A stretch of DNA of 63,747 nt, filler included, from Thraustochytrium aureum (lineage: Eukaryota): assembly GCA_012862495.1 (NCBI GenBank). It is 6 parts of 5 records of this genome, joined end to end, with 100 filler letters (N's around TTAATTAATTAA, not from the genome) between each part and the next. Parts side by side here need not be neighbours in the genome. Positions count along the whole stretch, not along the records: positions 6,369 to 23,900 come from BLSG01000243.1; positions 24,001 to 41,250 come from BLSG01000244.1; 4 more parts are not named here. One strand, written 5' to 3'. Below, in pieces: positions 11,745-24,115 of the stretch. Position 1 is the stretch's first letter. Every line of letters begins with the position of its first letter. The notes beneath the pieces were generated by a model. The model worked only from the letters and a program-made list of their open reading frames with translations. It ran no database searches and had not been told where the DNA came from. The position numbers were made by a program, and so were the translations under genes.

Positions 11745-12188
11745 ATAAAGTGAGAAACAGGGAACACCAAGCACTCAACCCACGCAGCAAGTATGCCGGC
11801 CTGCCGCGGCCGCGAGGAAGACCTCCGAGAAGCCCCCCGACATCGACATCGAGGCGTGCGTTCCCGCCGGTCTGGCGAGCAACGAGCTGCTCGTGGCCAG
11901 CGAACAACCTCGTCGCTCCTCATCATTCACTTCGCTTCGTCACGTCTTTCGGCGACGATTGACTGATGTTGTGATGAGATTCCTTCGAAACGATCGGCGA
12001 AGGAGGCGCAAGTGCCGACCGAGCGAAGCCAGGCCGCGTCGCAGTCCCGGCCCAAGAGCTGCCTCCTGCCAGCAGCGGCAGCGAAGAGCAGCAGAGCCGT
12101 AAGGCAGTGAGCGGCAGGAAGACAGAAGGCCAGACAGGCAGGACAGCAGGCACTTGGCGGTTCGCAGGTGGGAGGGAGGAGGAGGAGG

Positions 12189-14797
12189 ATGCGGAATGGC
12201 GGACGCGGACGCGGCCGAGTGGCCGGGGCAGGTGGCCTAGAGGAGCGGCTGCTGCAGAATGCCAATCTGAGCTCCGAGGAGGCGATCCAGCTGGACGCGA
12301 GCGAGCGTCGCGGCGTGAGGGTCAACGTCGCCCTGCTCGTTGTGCTGGCCGTCCTGGACGTGGCCGCGGTTGCCGGCAACCGCGACGGCATGGTGCCTAG
12401 TGGCGGGTTTGATTACTCGCGCGACCTCTCGGACGTGGCGCTGCTAGTGCTGCTTCGGAGCCTGGCGCTGAGCGCGAGCGGGATCCTCGTGATGAAGTCG
12501 CCGCGGTTCCGCGTTCTCATCTCGGTGGGCTACTGGCTCACCTTCTCTTGGCTGATCTACGGCACTGGCAAGCTCATCGCGTTCAACTGGGCCAGCGACG
12601 CCGACGTCGTCCAGTACGTCTCCCTGTTCGGGTGGCTCGCGTTCGGCGTCGCCGAGCTAGCCGTGCTCACCCGGCTGCAGCACTGGGCGGAGGAGCGTGC
12701 GCGCTGGGCGATCAGCGAGGTTGATGCGAGCGGAGACGAGGAGGGCGGCAGCGGCAGCGGCACGAGCGCAGTTGGCGGCATTAGCATTGGCGGCGACCGC
12801 GTCCGGGTGAAAAAGCTCGACCCGAGCAGCGCGAATGGCAAAGCGGCGGCCAAACCGTTCTGGTCGGCGAGCCTCTGGCGCGTGCTCAAGCCGTACTTTT
12901 GGCCCAAGGGTTACTTTAGCAAGTTTCGCTGCTTTCTGACCTGGGCATTCCTGGGGCTGAGCAAGGCGTCCAACCTGATGTCGCCGATATACCTCGGCAG
13001 GGCCGTGCAAGAGTTGAGCGACAAGGGCGTCTCGGAGAAGCAGGTTTACGGGTATGTGGTCACGTACTGCGCACTCGTGCTGGCTAGCAAGGTGCTCAAG
13101 GAGATGCAAAATGTGGTCTACCTGAAGGTCAAGCAGACCGCGTACGTGCAGATCGCCGAGCAGACGTTTCGCCACCTTCATTCGCTCTCGCTCGAGTGGC
13201 ACCTGAAAAAGAAGATGGGCAACGTGCTGCGCAGCATGGACCGCGGAGTCAACGCGGCCGATACGCTCGTGACGTACCTGTTTTTGTACCTTGCGCCGTC
13301 CGTGGCCGAGTGCGTGGTCGTGTTTGTGATCTTCTACTCGCACTTTAACATCCCCACCGTGAGCGCGACTGCGTACATGAGCTTTGCGGCCTACTCGGTC
13401 CTCACCGTGCAGATCACCCTGTGGCGCAAAAAGTTCCGCGAGAAGACCAACAAGCACGACAACGACTACCACGACAAGGCGACCGACAGCTTGATCAACT
13501 ACGAGACCGTAAAGTACTTTACCGCCGAGGAGTTTGAGATCGCGCGGTACACCGACTCGATCTTCAAGTTCCAAGCGCACTCTGTCAACACGTCGTACTC
13601 GCTCAGCCTGCTCAACACGACGCAAAACGTCATCATCCAGCTCTGCACTGCGGTGTCCCTCTGCCTGGCAGCCAACGAGGTCCGCCACGGCCGCCTCGAG
13701 GTCGGCCAGTTTGTGTCGGTGGCCGCGTACGTGGGCAACCTCTTTGCGCCGCTCAGCTTCCTCGGCAGCGTGTACAATGCAGTGATTCAGTCCATCGTCG
13801 ACATGACCAACCTGAGCGACCTGCTCCAGGAGGAGCCCGACCTGGTGGACGCTCCGAATGCACGCGCGCTCATCCCGGTCCCTAGTGGGACCGAAGGCGC
13901 CTCCATTGAGTTTCGCGATGTCTCGTTTCGTTACCCGTCGCAGGCCGCGACGGGCGGCATCAAGGACGTTTCGTTCAAGGTGGAGCCTGGCACGACCACT
14001 GCGATCTGCGGCACGACAGGGGCTGGCAAGTCCACATTGGCACGGTACGTTTGTTGTTGCATTTGCTTTTCCTTGCCGGCCTTGCGCTGCGCGGCCCCCG
14101 TGACTTGGCAGGCGACGCTGATTGCGAGCGCGGGCTGACACCCTCGCTTGTCGGTCGCCGCAGCCTGCTCTTCCGCTTCTACGACCCGCTCGCCGGCAAG
14201 GTGCTCATCTCAAACCAGGACATCAAGCTCGTCACGCAGCGGTCGCTGCGCGGCGCCATCGGCGTTGTCCCGCAGGACACGGTTCTCTTCAACGACACGG
14301 TGCGCCACAACATTGCGTACGGCAACTTTGAAGCGACGCAGGAGGATATCGAAAACGCGTGCCGGTCTGCCCAGATCCTCGACTTTATCCTTTCGCTCCC
14401 GGACGGCTTTCAGACTATGGTGGGCGAGCGCGGGCTCAAGCTGAGCGGGGGCGAGAAGCAGCGCGTTGCGATCGCTCGGTGCCTGCTGAAGAACCCGCCT
14501 ATCGTCCTGCTGGACGAGGCCACCTCGGCGCTGGACAACGTGGTTGAGCGAACGGTGCAGGAGGCCCTCAACAAGCTCATGGTGAAGCGGACGACGGTTG
14601 TCATCGCACATAGGCTGACGACGATCAAGAACGCCGAGCAGATCATCGTTCTGGAGAAGGGTTCCATCCTGGAGCGGGGCAACCACCAACAGCTTATCGA
14701 CGCTGACGGCGCCTACGCGCGTCTTTGGAGTTCGCGCCTCGAAGAATTCCCAACGCGGAGCGACCGGGTCGAGGAGGTCGAAGCGAACGGGGACTGA
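12189..14797 (+). CDS. ABCB6: ABCB6/HMT1/ATM1-type half ABC transporter (intron 14045-14163)
   Basis: TMD with DSLINYETVKYF, Walker A GTTGAGKST, signature LSGGEKQR and Walker B LLDEAT. Extra N-terminal TM helices as in HMT1. The GT..AG intron restores STLARLLFRFYD. Confidence 0.9.
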
Positions 14798-15096
14798 CGA
14801 GGAGGCTCCGGAGGCGCTCGTCCGCTTGCGAGCCGTGTTCCCGCTGCGGTCGGCCTGAGCTCGAGCGAAACGCGCTGCGAGGGAAAACAAAGATTACAAT
14901 ACAAATGCAATGCCGTATCTTGCGACAGCTTTGTATTCTTTTTTTTAAATTAAAACTTGCTACTCCCTGCAGACGCCACCGGGGGAGGCGGTGGGCTGAA
15001 CATTTCCTGTGGGTGCGTCTTGCCGGGCCGGGCAAATGAGCGCCAGGCGCCTGCTTGCCTTCAAGCCAGCTGTTCGCTGCTTGCGCGCCCTGCACT

Positions 15097-15642
15097 CTAG
15101 AGGAACTCGTTGACGAACTTCTCAAAGTCCTCGACAGTGCGGCGACCTTGGTACTTTTCGCCCTCGCTGGAGCCCTCCTTGAAAAACTTGAGCGTCGGGT
15201 ACCCGCGAATGCCCTGCTCGGAGCAGAGCGACTTTTGCTGGGTGCCTATCACGGTGTGACGCGCGCGGCCCCCGCCGTCAGCGCACTGCGCAGCCGTTAA
15301 CCATCACTGCGGGGCCGAGAGAACTTACAGTCAACCTTGGCAATGCGAACCTTCTCGTGTCCAGCGTACTGCTTGGCCAGGTCGCTCCAGGTCGGCGCGA
15401 GGCGCTTGCAGTGCCCTGCAGCGTGCGTGAGGCCGCCGAGGCACGACCGTTAGCGCGCCGGCGTCGTCCGGCTTCTTCCCCTTGCCTCCACTCTCTCACT
15501 TACCGCACCAGGGCGCATAGAACTTGACAAACACGTGCTTGCCGTCCTCCTGCATCGCCTTAAACTCCTCCTCGCTCTTCACCTCCTCCTGCGCCGCGGC
15601 GAGCCCGACGACGGCCAAGAGCACGATCGCAATCCACTTCAT
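15097..15642 (-). CDS. Single-domain secretory thioredoxin/PDI (WCGHC); 3 exons, introns 15416-15503 and 15246-15328
   Basis: Manual splicing gives [73 protein letters not shown]. Both donors are GTAAGT; acceptors are CAG and TAG. Confidence 0.92.
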
Positions 15643-17261
15643 CCTGACGACCGAGAAAAAAAACCACCAAAAAAACCAACCCCAAAAGACCAAACACGTC
15701 CCCCACAACCACGTCGCTGTCCCTGCTGCGAGCTGCTCCTCCTCCTGCTGCTGCTGCTGCTGCTGCTGCCGCCGCTGCCAATCCACGCGCCCAAGCCGTC
15801 CCGATACTGCACTGCCACGCACGCAAGCGCGCACGCCACCTTCGTCCCCTTCCCTGCGATCCGCCCTCGTAAAACCCTCACGCAGCCCCACATGGCCGAG
15901 CGCGTCCCTCCTCGATCCACCCTCAGCCAGTGCCAGGTCATCGCGCCAACCGCCGCCCGCCCCTCTATCTTTATATCCTCCGCTCCTCCAACCTGGCCTT
16001 TTGAAAATAGAGGGTCAGGCATCAGGAGCGGACGCAAAGAGGTCGGGGGGCGGACGCGGGTCGGCCGGGTGGGTTCCAAGGTGCGCGTGCGAGCAGAGCG
16101 TTTGCGGGCGGCAGACACCGAACGGGAGCGGCGCGCGAGGCGGAGGAGGCGGAGGGCGTGCGAGCGAGTGCGCGAGTGTGCGTGCGTGCGAGTGCGCGAG
16201 TGTGCGTGCGTGGTTGCTTTCGTGCGTGCGTGGCCGAGGGCGGAGTGCTCTGGTTTGGTTTTTGAACGGCGGGATTGGGGATTGGGGATTTTTTTTTTTT
16301 TCAGGGGCCATTGACCGCGGAACCGCTTCAGGGCAGGCTGGCGCGGGGCGACACGGGGACGAACNNNNNNNNNNNNNNNNNNNNNNNNNNNNNNNNNNNN
16401 NNNNNNNNNNNNNNNNNNNNNNNNNNNNNNNNNNNNNNNNNNNNNNNNNNNNNNNNNNNNNNNNNNNNNNNNNNNNNNNNNNNNNNNNNNNNNNNNNNNN
16501 NNNNNNNNNNNNNNNNNNNNNNNNNNNNNNNNNNNNNNNNNNNNNNNNNNNNNNNNNNNNNNNNNNNNNNNNNNNNNNNNNNNNNNNNNNNNNNNNNNNN
16601 NNNNNNNNNNNNNNNNNNNNNNNNNNNNNNNNNNNNNNNNNNNNNNNNNNNNNNNNNNNNNNNNNNNNNNNNNNNNNNNNNNNNNNNNNNNNNNNNNNNN
16701 NNNNNNNNNNNNNNNNNNNNNNNNNNNNNNNNNNNNNNNNNNNNNNNNNNNNNNNNNNNNNNNNNNNNNNNNNNNNNNNNNNNNNNNNNNNNNNNNNNNN
16801 NNNNNNNNNNNNNNNNNNNNNNNNNNNNNNNNNNNNNNNNNNNNNNNNNNNNNNNNNNNNNNNNNNNNNNNNNNNNNNNNNNNNNNNNNNNNNNNNNNNN
16901 NNNNNNNNNNNNNNNNNNNNNNNNNNNNNNNNNNNNNNNNNNNNNNNNNNNNNNNNNNNNNNNNNNNNNNNNNNNNNNNNNNNNNNNNNNNNNNNNNNNN
17001 NNNNNNNNNNNNNNNNNNNNNNNNNNNNNNNNNNNNNNNNNNNNNNNNNNNNNNNNNNNNNNNNNNNNNNNNNNNNNNNNNNNAGAGAGACAAAGGCGAA
17101 ATCATAGCGAGACGGATCGACAGAACAAAGCGCGAGCGGCGCTCGACGCGAGTCTGGAACGTCTTTGAGGCGACGCCGTTGGCAGCATCTGCCCGGAGCA
17201 ACGAGTAAACAAAACCCACGGAACACAAAAGCCATATTGCTTTTGAAAAACAACTCCCGGA

Positions 17262-17834
17262 TTACCGCGTGAGCCGGCCCCGCTTGAGCGTCACCGAGAG
17301 GGTCCGGAACGCCTTGTGGTGCGAGGTCCCGCCGTACACTTTTGGGTTGGTGACAAAGTCACTTTTCAGGCCCTGCACCTGCATCAACGACTCGCTCGGT
17401 TTCCCGTACCTTGCAAACCAGTCTTTTAGTCCCGAAACGGGCGGGGGCTGGTGCATCTCCATGGCGCGCTTTCGACCCTCGTAAATCTCCTCGATTTGGG
17501 CGGTGGCCTGCTCGATCTGCTCGTTAAGTTGGCAAATTCGGGCCGCGAGCTTCTTGAGAACGCTCTTCTTCTCCATTTCGCGCACCTTGCGCGAACGCTT
17601 GTGGTATTCAAAGTATCCCGGGTTGCGCGCCTGAACGATTGCGGCCTCGAGATTCTTGGTTGCCTTTTTGCTGTTCTCGATCGCGCCGTCTTCGTTCGCA
17701 TTGTCCTCGCCTTTGGCGGTCAACCAATTGTTAAACTCGCGGGCCACCTCGGCCTGCTCTTGCAGAAGCGCCTTCTTCTTGTCCATCAGCCTGTCGAGCC
17801 GCTCGTTCTCCGCGTCAAACGCGGACAGATCCAT
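17262..17834 (-). CDS. Hypothetical coiled-coil protein (about 190 aa)
   Basis: Open frame from MDLSAFDAENE with a charged helical composition and coding-like codon use. No family recognised. Confidence 0.65.
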   Translation of the reverse strand: MDLSAFDAENERLDRLMDKKKALLQEQAEVAREFNNWLTAKGEDNANEDGAIENSKKATKNLEAAIVQARNPGYFEYHKRSRKVREMEKKSVLKKLAARICQLNEQIEQATAQIEEIYEGRKRAMEMHQPPPVSGLKDWFARYGKPSESLMQVQGLKSDFVTNPKVYGGTSHHKAFRTLSVTLKRGRLTR

Positions 17835-18346
17835 CGCGCCAAGCACCCAAGCCGGTGCGCCCCAGCCGGCGGCTTGCACGAGCCGCAGCACCAGCGTCGA
17901 GCCCGCAGCCTTGCTCACCGCCCACGCGCTTGGCCAGCTTGCTCTCTAGAGGGCTTGGAGCTCTGCAGCTCCTGCTCGCGTTCCCACCTCCGCAACGGAT
18001 CTCTTTCACGCACAAGAACAGAGAATCGTGCGAAGAGAACTGCTCGACTGTTCTGTGGCTGGCGAACGGCAACGCAGTTAGGGTAACGCGTCCCTCGGTT
18101 AGGGTGCTCCGTTTTTTGAATTTGCACCTGTTTTGGTTTTCCGCGAGTTGGTTCGTGTCGCAGGCGGGCGAGGCAGTCACTCTCGCGGAGACTCGATCCA
18201 GCGCCCTTGGTCGGTGCGCCTGGCCGATAAGGGCTACGAGCGCTTGCGGGGAAGCAGCCAGGGTGCTGGCCGCGCGCTGGCCTCGTGCGTCGAGCTCGCG
18301 TTGCGCGAAATCCGCGACATCGAGGCCGACAACGGCGACCGACAAC

Positions 18347-18434
18347 GGCGACCGCCAAAAGGCGACCGCCAAAGGGCGACCGCCAAAAGGCGACCGCCAA
18401 AAGGCGACCGCCAAAGGGCGACCGCCAAAAGGCG
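18347..18434. repeat. Six tandem 14-bp units GGCGACCGCCAAAR, each with TTTGGCGG (E2F-type) on the minus strand
   Basis: Copies start at 18347, 18361, 18375, 18389, 18403 and 18417, ending about 80 nt before the RECQL4 ATG. Confidence 0.9.
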
Positions 18435-18509
18435 TTGGTTGGCTCGGCTCGGCCCACGGGGTGGACGGTAGAGAGACAGGGTTGTAAGGCTGCGTTTGGG
18501 CGGGTCCGG

Positions 18510-21500
18510 ATGGGCCCTTCTGCGCAAGCGCGGCTCGATGATGTCGAGAGGGACATTTCTGTGCTGCAGAACAAGCTTCGGCAGTGGGAGGAAGGCTTTG
18601 TCGAACGGCTCGGCCGAAAGCCGACGGTCGAAGACGCGGAGGACAATGTTCGCGTGCGCGACAGGTACCGTAGGCTTGGCGTGCTGCGGTCCACGCGCCA
18701 GGCGCTCCAAGCGGAGGCCGAGGTAGAACGAGCAAATCGGATGCCGCACAACCAAACGATGGCGCAGCTGTCGAGCGCTGATGGCGATGCCTTGCCAGAG
18801 TCTCCGATGAAGCCTGGTCAATCGCCGTACGCACGGCATCCGGCCCGCGCCATGGGTGCCGCGTTTGTCCAGCGGCGGGATGTCAAGATGGCGAGTCACC
18901 CATCAAGGCAACGAAGGCTCTCTCGGAACGCCGGGCCGGCGGTCTGGCAACGCCCTCCTGCACAAGCGCTCCGGCGTATGGAGCCCGTTGAAAAGCAGCG
19001 AAGCCCAAACAACGGCCCATTCAGGGCCCTTTCCCGGCGACGTGAAAAGCACTCCGACCAAGCCGCGTCAAAGGGATCCCGACGCCGTCGAGCCTTCTCC
19101 AGGAGCAGTTTGCGGGACGCCGGAGGTCGCTCGCAACCTTCGCAGAGTTCGGTTATCAGCCCTCTCGCCTCCCCCCCAGGCTGTTCAGCTCCGTGAAGGC
19201 GTATTGGCAGCGCAAAGGCTTGCTGAGGCCTCTTCTCTCGGTCGGCGAAGCAGGGCCTTGGGGAGACGTCAAGTTTTGCGACCGAGCGTTCGCGCAGACG
19301 TAGCGCCCGCACATGCCCTCGAGGCGGCAAGTTGGCAAGCGGAGATTTGCGCACCCTCGCCGCTGCGCAGAACGCCGCTCGCTGAGCGCTCGCTCTCGCC
19401 CGCCCTGAGCGGGGCCCAGTCCGTCGTTCGCGCCAAAAAGCAGCTCTTCGCCGAGGAAGCCACCGAAGGGGATGCCTGCGAATCCGCACCCACCGCACCA
19501 AGCGGAGAGGAAAACGTATCGCGCCGATCAAACCGTTCTCACACAGAGAACTCGGCAGGCCCAGTCCTGCCGCCTGTAGATGACATTGGCCCAGGCGGCT
19601 CTTCCGGCGCGGCGCGGAGAGCGCCGGCCCAAAAGAGAAAGGCCAAGCCGCCGACAGCAAGCGGTGAATCCGCGGCGCCCATCCACCTCGCCAAGCGGGC
19701 CAAGGCCCTTGCCAAGCCAGCGACAGTCTCGCAAAACTACGTCAAGATTGACCTGCGAGGGGGAGGGCTGGCGCGATATGCGCAAAGGAGGCAAGACAGC
19801 CTGCGACGCGACCGGCGGGCGTTTGCGCGAAGTGACTTGAGCACCTCGGAGGAGACCCGACCTGCGACTCGCACGGCCTTTGCCAGCCGCCAGCGCGACG
19901 CGCTCGAGAGCATTTTGGACAAGTTCGAGACTACGGTACCACGGCCCAAGGCAGGGGACGAGGCGCAACCGCAACATACGGGGCTCGACGCCATCTCTTG
20001 TGCCCCAGCGAGCGGCAATATCGCGCCATTGTGCCCTGGCCACCAGGCCCCTTGTGCGCTGCTGACCGTGAAGAAGAAGAATCGCAACCACGGGAGACAG
20101 TTCTACGCATGCAGTGTTGGACGGGACGACTGGCGCTCATTCTCCAGTGCTGGAAAGAGAGGGCGCGGCGGCCAGCGCGGCTGCGACTTTTTCATGTGGG
20201 CGGACGACATGAGCGGCAACGTTCTTGACGCGCTCGGCTCCTCGGTGTCTGAGCAGGAGTTTGCCGAGGAACGCCTCCGCGCGCTTCGCGCGAGATGGGA
20301 CTCGTCCTCCTTGGCGCAGCTCAAGGCGCATCTCCGCCGCCTTGGGCCTCTCTGTTGCCGGGAAGAAGGAGGCCCTTGTCGAACGCCTCGTCGAGAGCGC
20401 CCAGGAGAAGGTTGGCCTGAGCGCCGAATTCGAGGCGGAGTACCTTGCCATCCTGGGCAGCGCCAACGGAGTCGCCCCGCCAGTCGCGACGGCCAAGGTC
20501 GCGAGTCAAGGCGGCCATCTTGGCGGTGAGCCAGAATTAGAGTGCATCACTGCCCGAGACGCGCCGCCAAGTCCGCAGGTTGAGCCCTCGCCCCCCAGGC
20601 GCCGCTCGCCGAGACACTCAAGCGAGGCGACCGCGCAGCCGTCTACCGACACGAAGCGCGGCGAAGGCAATGGGTCTGCGACGAAGAACGCAAAGCGCGT
20701 GTGTCGCCGATCTTCAGACGACGCTTCCTGCAGCGAGGGCAGCGAGAGCGAAAGCAGCGACGAGGCGCTCGAGAGCGACGACGCGGGGGCCGGCACACGA
20801 AAGGCCGCCGCGCAAAGCCCAAAAAGGCCCCCCGCAGCCAAGCCTCCCCACCGGACATTGTTCTCAGGGTTCTGCGCGAGGCGTTCGGGTTTGAGGGGTT
20901 TCCGCGGGGACCAGCGTTGGGCGATCGACCGTGTCCTCGCTGGCAAGTCGACGATGCTGGTGCAAGCCACAGGGAGCGGCAAGTCCCTGTGCTACCAGAT
21001 TCCCGCAATCTTGCTGCCTGGTCTCACGGTCGTCATCTCGCCGTTGGTTTCGCTGATGGAGGACCAGCTCAAGTCGTTGCCCGTAGCGCTGCCGGGGGCC
21101 TGCTTGAACGGACAGCAGTCGGGCGTGGAGACTGCAAAGACGATCAACGCGCTCCGCGAGCGGCGCGTCAAGGTCCTTTTCCTCTCCCCTGAACGCCTGT
21201 TTTCTTCGAGCTTCCAGCGCTTGCTTCGCACGCCTGGTGTGCTTCCGGAGATCTCTCTTGTTTGCGTGGACGAGGCGCACTGCATTTCGAGCTGGTCGCA
21301 CAACTTTCGGCCGTCCTACCTGCGGTTGCGGGAACTCTTGGCGGCTGGGGCGGGCGGCGTCAGCAGCGACCGGCACGATTTGGCCTGCCTGAATCCCAAG
21401 TGCGTCCTCGCGCTGACTGCGACGGCGACCGGGGCGGTGGTTCGCGACGTTTGCGATGTGCTCGCAATCGACCAGGTCGAAGGGACGCGGGTCGGCTCTT

Positions 21501-23030
21501 GGGCGCGCCCCAACTTGGCGCAGCGCGCCGACTTTGTGCCTGACGCGGAGCGGCACAAGCGGGTTGAAGCCCTCTTTGCTGACGGAGGACCTCTAGCGAA
21601 GCCGCAGCCAAGCATCGTGTACGTTCGGACGCGATGGGAGGCAGAGGTTGTCACAGAGCGGCTGCGATCCAAGGGCGTCTCGGCGCGGTTTTACCACGGC
21701 GGCATGAGCGGCGCTGACCGCGACAAGGCGCAAGCGGCCTTCATGAAGGGTTCGACCCGCGTGATCGTCGCCACGATCGCCTTTGGGATGGGAATCGACA
21801 AGGCAGGATATCCGTGGCGTCGTTCACGTTGGGCTGCCGCGCTCCGTGGAGGACTATGTGCAAGGCATCGGCCGTGCGGGACGAGACGGGCGCCCCGCCC
21901 AGTGCTTTACCCTGTTCGACGACGCAGACGCCCGCAAGCTGCACTCGCTGTCCTTCAGCGACGGCGTGTCAAGGTCAAGCCTCGTGCAGCTCTTGCGGTT
22001 CCTGTACAGTCGGCGGTTGCAGTCCCAGGTCGCCGTGGACACGGAGGCGCTCTCGCGCGAATTCGACATCAAGCCCGCTGTCATCGAAACAGTATTGGTG
22101 TACTTGTCCCTCCCGCCGTTCAGTATGCTGCGGCTCTTGCCGTCGGGCTATGCGACGGTTTACCGTCGCGGCTCTGCGGAAAACGGAGACGCTGCACCGC
22201 AGCGTGGCGTACCAGGCGGTTAGAGCTGCCGCCCCGGGGCGGCCCAGCACCGCGTCGATCTCGTGGAGGTTTCCGACTCGCTTGGGCTCAGCGTGAGCGG
22301 CCTGATCCGAGAACTCAGCCTGCTCCAGGATCGGCGCGAGGTCTCGCTGCAGTTTTCCGAGCCGGCAATGTTTCTTCGCGTGGTTGCGCATGATGGGCAG
22401 CAAACGGCTTGGGCGGACTTGGGCGCGGTCGCGGACCGAGTCCTGGAGGTCGTGACGGGCATGGAGAAGAGCCAGACGGCCAAGGTGGAGGACGTCTTCT
22501 CGCTCATGGTTCTGCTCTGCCACCCAGGGTCGCTGCCCGACCAGCTGCAAGGCCCTGCGCGCGCTGCAGCGCGGGCGACGCGGCGAGCGATTGGTGGCGC
22601 GAATCGCGAGGAGCAGGCGAGCGAGGCGGAGGCTGCGGACAGCGGGGCAGAAGAGGATTGGGACGAGGCCGTGGCCGTCCCTCACGTCGTGGAGGCGCGC
22701 CTTGACGAGTACTTTACGCGCCAGGCTGGCGTACAAAGCTCGCTCGGCGTGCCGATTCCGTTTGAAGGCGTTGCGGACGAGTCTAACGCCCTTGTCTTGT
22801 CGGACATCGCGTCGCTGTACCGCGATCGTGCATTCCGCGAAGGCTCGGCTGCGACTGGCCTCGTCCTTGCGCGAATATTGCACGGGATCCCGAGCCCCGC
22901 GTTTCCGACGAATGTGTGGCGGCAGAATCCGTTCTGGGGTCGGCGAGCCGGGTTTTCTTTCCCCCACATTGCGTCGCTTGCGCGGCTCGTGGTGCAGCAG
23001 CTGCGCGCGCCGCCACGTGCGGCCTCGTGA
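18510..23030 (+). CDS. RECQL4: RECQL4-like helicase (Sld2-like N-terminus, GRF zinc finger, SAP, RecQ core); several frameshifts
   Basis: LRQWEEGFVERLGRKPT and NYVKIDL as in RECQL4. Core motifs ATGSGKSLCYQ, VDEAHCISSWSHNFRPSYL, LTATAT, ATIAFGMGIDK and QGIGRAGRDG. C-terminal ARILHGIPSPAFP. Confidence 0.9.
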
Positions 23031-23297
23031 AGCTTGATCGAGGCGGGTCTGGATCTGCGGGAAGCCGCGGGGCCGTGGTGGGGCCCCAGGTTCGGGTCGC
23101 TTGCGTGTTTGGCAGGGCGTTGGACCAAGAAAGTATACCAGAGTGATAGCGAGTCGCGCTCGAGGAAGCGGCCGTCGCGCCACGGACAGGAGCGGGGAAC
23201 TGAAAAGCTGCTAGTTGAACAAAAACAAATGTAAAGTGCCGCGCTGCGTTGGACATCTACTGTACGTCTCGCGGCGCCCCGGTCCGTTTCAATTAGC

Positions 23298-23867
23298 TCA
23301 GATCTTGATGCCGCGCTTGGCCGCCTCCGCGCGCAGGCGCTTGTTGTCCTCCTTGAGCGCGCTTGCCAGCTCTTGCAGCTTTTCGATCCGCTCGATGCTT
23401 GTGATGAGCACAGTTGCCTTCTCCATCTTGGTGTTCTCGGGCAGGCGCAATATGTTGAACAGGTCGTTGAACCCATGGCTCACCTGCAGGCGCCGCCGCC
23501 GCTCGCGCTCGTTTTTCTTCTCCTTGGCGGAGAAGTTGTCCAGTCCCTCGTCAAGGTCGATCGTGTTCATCTGAATCACGAACGGCTCGGGCGGGGGCTG
23601 GCCCACCAGCTCGGCCACGAGGCTCGCAATCTGGCTCGGCGAGCGCTGGGCCCGGCCCTGCTGTGCGGGCGGGCGCTGGTTGTGCGGCAGCGAGTTTCGC
23701 CGCGCCGCGCTGGCAGCGGCAGCGGCCGTCACGACGCCAGACATGCTAGAGCCGCCTGCGTGAGGTGGCGCACCGCTAGGCTTGTTGTGAGGGTGGTGCT
23801 GTGCCACGCGCTGCTGCTCGGAGCCCATTCGTTGTCTATGCCCTGGCTGCCCTGGAGCCGCGCTCAT
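23298..23867 (-). CDS. bHLH(-zipper) transcription factor, possibly 5'-truncated at the scaffold end
   Basis: KKNERERRRRLQVSHGFNDL..KMEKATVLITSIERIEKLQ, followed by a coiled coil. Confidence 0.88.
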   Translation of the reverse strand: MSAAPGQPGHRQRMGSEQQRVAQHHPHNKPSGAPPHAGGSSMSGVVTAAAAASAARRNSLPHNQRPPAQQGRAQRSPSQIASLVAELVGQPPPEPFVIQMNTIDLDEGLDNFSAKEKKNERERRRRLQVSHGFNDLFNILRLPENTKMEKATVLITSIERIEKLQELASALKEDNKRLRAEAAKRGIKI

Positions 23868-23900
23868 ACCACGGTGTGGCTGCTGAGCAAAAGCGTGGTG

Positions 23901-24000
23901 NNNNNNNNNNNNNNNNNNNNNNNNNNNNNNNNNNNNNNNNNNNNTTAATTAATTAANNNNNNNNNNNNNNNNNNNNNNNNNNNNNNNNNNNNNNNNNNNN
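23901..24000. other. Artificial scaffold-joining spacer
   Basis: N44-TTAATTAATTAA-N44. Confidence 0.95.
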
Positions 24001-24115
24001 CTGTGCGTGCACTCCCTGGCAAAGCGCAGCAGGGAATCACATCCATTTCACGTAGGCCTACTTGAATGCGCGCCTGCGAGGCAGCCAAACGCTTGCATCG
24101 GCCTTCGGAAACGTT

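Noticed and set aside
15416..15510. Selenocysteine PDI suggested by the TGA shortly after WCG
   Set aside because: The TGA lies inside the intron (G|GTAAGTGA); the spliced site is WCGHC with TGC codons.
18347..18434. CRISPR array
   Set aside because: Units are head-to-tail with no unique spacers, the context is eukaryotic, and no cas genes are present.
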